DNA from: a virus
Lineage: Duplodnaviria > Caudoviricetes
IMG/VR virus record: IMGVR_UViG_3300011443_000012
Location: 1 to 43,714 of that record
Direction: 5' to 3' (one strand)
Length of the DNA stretch: 43,714 nt
Of this stretch, positions 43,112-43,714 are shown in pieces; the stretch's first letter is position 1, and each line of letters opens with the position of its first letter. The position numbers and the translations under genes are program-made. The notes beneath the pieces were generated by a model. It saw only the letters and a program-made list of their open reading frames with translations. It had not been told where the DNA came from and ran no database searches.

Positions 43112-43714
43112 ATGTGGCTCAAAGTCGATGACAGCCTCATCCACCATCCGAAGATCCTTCGGGCCGGGTCGATGCTCGAAGGCGTCGGTCGCCAGCGGGC
43201 CTTCTGTGTCTACCTGGAGGCCCTGAGCTGGGTGAACCGCCACCTCACTGATGGCTACATTCCGCAGTACGTCATCTGCACCTTCACCGCGGATCCGCAG
43301 CCTGCCCAGGTGGCCGAAGTCCTAGCCCATGAGTCGGTTCGCTTATGGGACGTCGTGAGCGACGGCTACCGGATTCACGACTATCACGACCACAATCCTG
43401 ATGCCGACGTCGTCAAGGCGAAGCTCCGGCGGGACCGGGAGCGGAAGCGTGCTGAGCGGCAACTGAGGGAAGTGTCCGTGCGGACGTCCACGCGGAATCC
43501 GCGCGGACAAGCCGTGGACGTCCACGAGGATTCCAGCGCGCTCGCGCGCGCGCGATCCAGATCCAGATCCCCTGTACAAGAAGAAGAGACAAGCAGCGCG
43601 CTGAGCGCGCATGCCAGTCATCGGGCACATGACCCTGAAAGCCATGTCGCCTCGCACTGGCTCCTCGTGAAGCTCGTCCACGAGCTGCTCGAGGCCGACC
43701 CGACCCTCATGGCC
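43112..43714 (+). CDS. Replication initiator / replisome organiser-like protein (continues at 124-276)
   Basis: MWLKVDD....HPK, LTDGYIP, GYRIHDYHDHN, then an R-rich coil; open frame checked codon by codon; absent from the ORF track because it crosses the window end. Confidence 0.8.
   Translation, partial: MWLKVDDSLIHHPKILRAGSMLEGVGRQRAFCVYLEALSWVNRHLTDGYIPQYVICTFTADPQPAQVAEVLAHESVRLWDVVSDGYRIHDYHDHNPDADVVKAKLRRDRERKRAERQLREVSVRTSTRNPRGQAVDVHEDSSALARARSRSRSPVQEEETSSALSAHASHRAHDPESHVASHWLLVKLVHELLEADPTLMA
43472..43534. repeat. Iteron-like TCC-N4-GGA boxes in the initiator gene (candidate origin)
   Basis: TCCgtgcGGA, TCCacgcGGA, TCCgcgcGGA, TCCacgaGGA; a similar triplet lies at 43022-43064. 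Confidence 0.55.
43592..43714. repeat. Terminal direct repeat, right copy
   Basis: Identical to 1-123. Confidence 0.95.

Larger units (their letters stand above)
1..43714. mobile_element. Complete temperate siphovirus-like phage genome, circular/excised form (unit length 43,591 bp)
   Basis: Terminase, portal, capsid, tail tube, tape measure, endolysin, integrase, repressor switch and intact attP are all present; the ends overlap by 123 bp; no host genes and no sheath gene recognised. Confidence 0.95.

Noticed and set aside
42290-43226. GRC(L/Q) and PRQR repeat proteins in alternative frames
   Set aside because: By-products of the stop-free 12-bp repeat; only the 42067 frame has an RBS and a plausible N-terminal domain.
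43592-43714. 123-bp terminal repeat as a physical genome end
   Set aside because: It falls mid-gene in the initiator and far from terS; it is best explained as assembler overlap of a circular or permuted genome.
1-43714. Specific host assignment (e.g. Acidobacteriota)
   Set aside because: High GC, a lipoprotein and general gene style are only suggestive; a search with the attP tRNA core or CRISPR spacers is needed.

Overview
The window is an apparently complete, circularly assembled genome of a high-GC temperate tailed phage with a siphovirus-like (non-contractile tail) gene set. Positions 43592-43714 repeat 1-123 exactly, so the unit genome is 43,591 bp, and a replication-initiator-like gene reads in frame across the junction. 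Gene order: early/replication genes (VRR-NUC, HNH, ParB-like, LAGLIDADG, Cys-rich GP88/DUF7227-like protein); terminase; a 4.4-kb fibre-like block between TerL and portal; head genes interleaved with a DUF268-like methyltransferase and a 1027-aa GT4-methyltransferase-GT2 fusion; tail genes; a lysis cassette with an M15 peptidase and two clan GH-A-like hydrolases; an intact attP carrying the 3' part of a tRNA-Met(CAT); tyrosine integrase; a CI/Cro-like switch; and recombination genes. Strongest leads: (1) a putative virion glycosylation/glycan-methylation system in the capsid operon, next to a Thr-rich repeat fibre module; (2) two candidate +1 frameshift signals (TCC_TTT_CGT in the tail chaperone and an RF2-like SD-CCC_TGA); (3) an (ACGA)11 tract in a leader peptide coupled to a DNA-binding gene; (4) readable attP, operator and origin architectures. 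All family assignments come from motif recognition by eye; no database searches were run and the host is unknown.
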